Shown here piece by piece: positions 62,130 to 64,000 of a DNA stretch of 64,000 nucleotides; the first letter of the stretch is position 1; each line of letters starts with the position of its first letter. Source of the DNA: Desulfuromusa sp. (GTDB taxonomy: Bacteria; Desulfobacterota; Desulfuromonadia; Desulfuromonadales; Geopsychrobacteraceae); the NCBI GenBank assembly GCA_033791385.1, contig JASJGU010000129.1, forward strand, positions 6,843 to 70,842, written 5' to 3'. The translations under genes were made by a program, and so were the position numbers. The notes under the pieces are model-generated. The model saw only the letters and a list, made by a program, of their open reading frames with translations. It was not told the origin of the DNA and did no database searches.

Positions 62130-62387
62130 TTAAGCCGTGATATTAAATAAACGCGCTGCGCGGCAATAAGCAATCTGATCCTCGTGACCTTTAACCCCCT
62201 CTTTGACACATAGGTAGCGAGGGGAGACCATCTCATCAACCGGCTGCGAGGTGGTTTGAATCTGCGTCATCGACACCATGTCAAGGTTGGGCATCTCATT
62301 GACTGCGGCTTGAACCGGTAGCGACGCTAATGCCAAAGCTAAAAGAGCTAAGAAGATCGTAACAACATCTTTTATACTGAAACTCAT
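62130..62387 (-). CDS. Small secreted hypothetical protein
   Basis: AGGAG RBS, Sec signal ending VQA-A, two Cys residues; 85 aa. Confidence 0.6.
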   Translation of the reverse strand: MSFSIKDVVTIFLALLALALASLPVQAAVNEMPNLDMVSMTQIQTTSQPVDEMVSPRYLCVKEGVKGHEDQIAYCRAARLFNITA

Positions 62388-62598
62388 TTTTTCTCCTGCG
62401 AGGGCAAATTCATAGGTTCTTTATCACTGTTTGTGTGATGTAATTCCTGACATATCAATGATTTATTTGAGTATACACAATAATGATAACTAATAAAATA
62501 AATAAATTGAGATATGTTAATTTTTGATTAATAGTCACTTGTGGCCGGAATCGATGATAATTTGACAAAGCCATTTCAGCCGGCACATATTACGTCAC

Positions 62599-62631
62599 TT
62601 TGCAGAAAGTCACAAAGCAACTTTCTGCAAA
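62599..62631 (-). terminator. Terminator-like hairpin
   Basis: tttgcagaaagt-cacaaagca-actttctgcaaa directly after the stop of the 62632-63423 gene; weak U-tract. Confidence 0.5.
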
Positions 62632-63423
62632 TTAACTCCCACCACGTTTTTTCAATTCAACTGCTATCAAACGTTTTCTGGTCGGGTTAGACCGGTAACT
62701 GCCCAACAATTGTTTCAGAACATGAGTGTGTATTTTAGGCAACCACAGGGTAAACCAGATTTCAGGGGTTTTGCTGTTTTTGAGAATCGCCAGCCGTAGA
62801 TTGGGGCGCTGCTTCCAGCGGTTGTGCCGGGCAATCATTGAAATAGTTTCCGCGCTGGCGGTCGCCCCACGTAGAAACTGGTAAATGGCCACTTCTCTGA
62901 GACGAGGGCTACCAAGGCACGCTTCGAACAGCTGTGGATGGCCTTCTTTCATCAATTCAGCAACAATATTTGTTGTGCCCCGGCGCGCCAAAGTAATTTT
63001 ATTGCCGAGGGGCGCGGTTGGCAGCCTTTGCAGGATGGCACGTTCTGCGGCCAGTTTTTGATCAGGGGTGACGCCGGGTAAAAAACAGAGATCGAGCAAC
63101 TCAAACAAGCGCAGTAGCGGCAGTAAGTTGCGCACCAGGGTTCCTGAAGTTGCGTGATTTTTAACCAACGCCAGTATCGACCGATGGCTGAGTGATTGTT
63201 TGTGTTTTTTGTAGATACTATTGATTAGTTCTTCGGATAAATCGCGGCGTTTCAGCAGCACCAGTAAATGATCTTCATTTAGCTGGGGATTTTTCAGGAG
63301 CGTTTGCAGAAAGTTACTATCAGTATCTAATATCAGCTGGAAAAGTTCATCTGCTCCGGCGGTCAGACCTGTCTTGAGTTTTTTCACGAAATCCGGATTA
63401 AAATCTGCTTTCTGCTTTTCCAT
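62632..63423 (-). CDS. Hypothetical alpha-helical repeat protein
   Basis: Repeated LLKNP/ALVKN/AILKN..TP motifs and PLGNKITLARR; 263-aa ORF in operon orientation. Confidence 0.7.
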   Translation of the reverse strand: MEKQKADFNPDFVKKLKTGLTAGADELFQLILDTDSNFLQTLLKNPQLNEDHLLVLLKRRDLSEELINSIYKKHKQSLSHRSILALVKNHATSGTLVRNLLPLLRLFELLDLCFLPGVTPDQKLAAERAILQRLPTAPLGNKITLARRGTTNIVAELMKEGHPQLFEACLGSPRLREVAIYQFLRGATASAETISMIARHNRWKQRPNLRLAILKNSKTPEIWFTLWLPKIHTHVLKQLLGSYRSNPTRKRLIAVELKKRGGS

Positions 63424-63431
63424 TATATATT

Positions 63432-63998
63432 TCAGAGTGTGAGGATTTTATTTTTCAAGATGAGCAGTTTGAAAGACAGTTCTACCTTATCTGCAATATT
63501 TTTAAATTCGCTGAGACGCCGTTCAAGATCATCGAAATCACCTTGAATGTAGAGGATACAGACTAATTTATTTTGTACAGTGAGAGGCATAATCAGAACG
63601 TCTTGTGGTAACTGAATCGCGAAGAAATCAAGAATCGTATGAGTCGCTGGAGAATCGACCATCGGTCCCAGATAATGGGAGTGGTTTGTGGCAACCAAGC
63701 TGAAGACCGATTGTTCTTGTAGTGAAATAACAATCTGCTCAAAAGGTTGTTTGCCATTTTCAACCGTTGCCAGCCAGCCATTAGCGGTCTCCTTGCGAAC
63801 CATCATCAATGCACACTTTGGAAAATCAGTTTTGAAATGAGCAATAATAGCTTTGGCTATATCTTCTCGATCTTGTGCATTAGCCAATTTCTGGAGCAGG
63901 CTAGTCTTATTTTGCACTTCCTTTTGTGCCGGCTGATCATAAAAATAGCTGTCCTTGTCTTCTTCTGCTGTATCTGGGGCATCCCCAAGCAGCGGCCA
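63432..63998 (-). CDS. C-terminal GAF-like domain of a larger protein whose 5' end lies beyond the window
   Basis: The frame stays open to the window edge (WPLLGDAPDTAEED...). LANAQDREDIA..., GW, SVF..V, YLG, IMPL.V.NKLVCILY. Confidence 0.6.
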   Translation of the reverse strand, partial: WPLLGDAPDTAEEDKDSYFYDQPAQKEVQNKTSLLQKLANAQDREDIAKAIIAHFKTDFPKCALMMVRKETANGWLATVENGKQPFEQIVISLQEQSVFSLVATNHSHYLGPMVDSPATHTILDFFAIQLPQDVLIMPLTVQNKLVCILYIQGDFDDLERRLSEFKNIADKVELSFKLLILKNKILTL

Positions 63999-64000
63999 GG

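Noticed and set aside
62479-62497. Fur-box-like AATAATGATAACTAATAAA
   Set aside because: Only one half-site matches and the region is very AT-rich, so a chance match is likely.

Overview
A mostly housekeeping chromosomal stretch from a bacterium that looks like a member of the Desulfuromonadales (Desulfobacterota). This is inferred from the GSU3473-family, PxxKW and c7-like cytochrome genes and from Geobacter-like gene order. Main blocks: yggT-divIVA, folD-gcvT-gcvH-gcvPA-gcvPB, pta, ftsEX-envC-ctpA-divergent polysaccharide deacetylase, xseAB-ispA-dxs, a CBS-domain pyrophosphatase, ispB with a sigma54 two-component system, purB, pfkA, an M16 peptidase pair, lpxH, a phosphohexomutase, an MCE/Mla-type ABC operon and two tandem HDOD-GGDEF cyclases. 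I saw no rRNA, tRNA, CRISPR array, prophage, integrase or transposase, and no large, clearly novel multi-gene system. The best signals outside the ORF track are: (1) a candidate ~70-nt sRNA at about 27236-27307 (minus strand) with a consensus sigma70 promoter and an anti-Shine-Dalgarno terminator loop; (2) a well-formed, isolated integron attC site at 36013-36072 between two cassette-like genes; (3) a MITE with terminal inverted repeats and a 6-bp target-site duplication at 24063-24214, plus three fragments elsewhere; (4) a hairpin-dense pta-ftsE intergenic region; (5) two decayed pseudogenes. Unusual proteins include a tetraheme cytochrome with c7-like ends, a membrane-tethered XRE regulator and an atypical long ParA. 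All family assignments come from motif recognition by eye, not from database searches.
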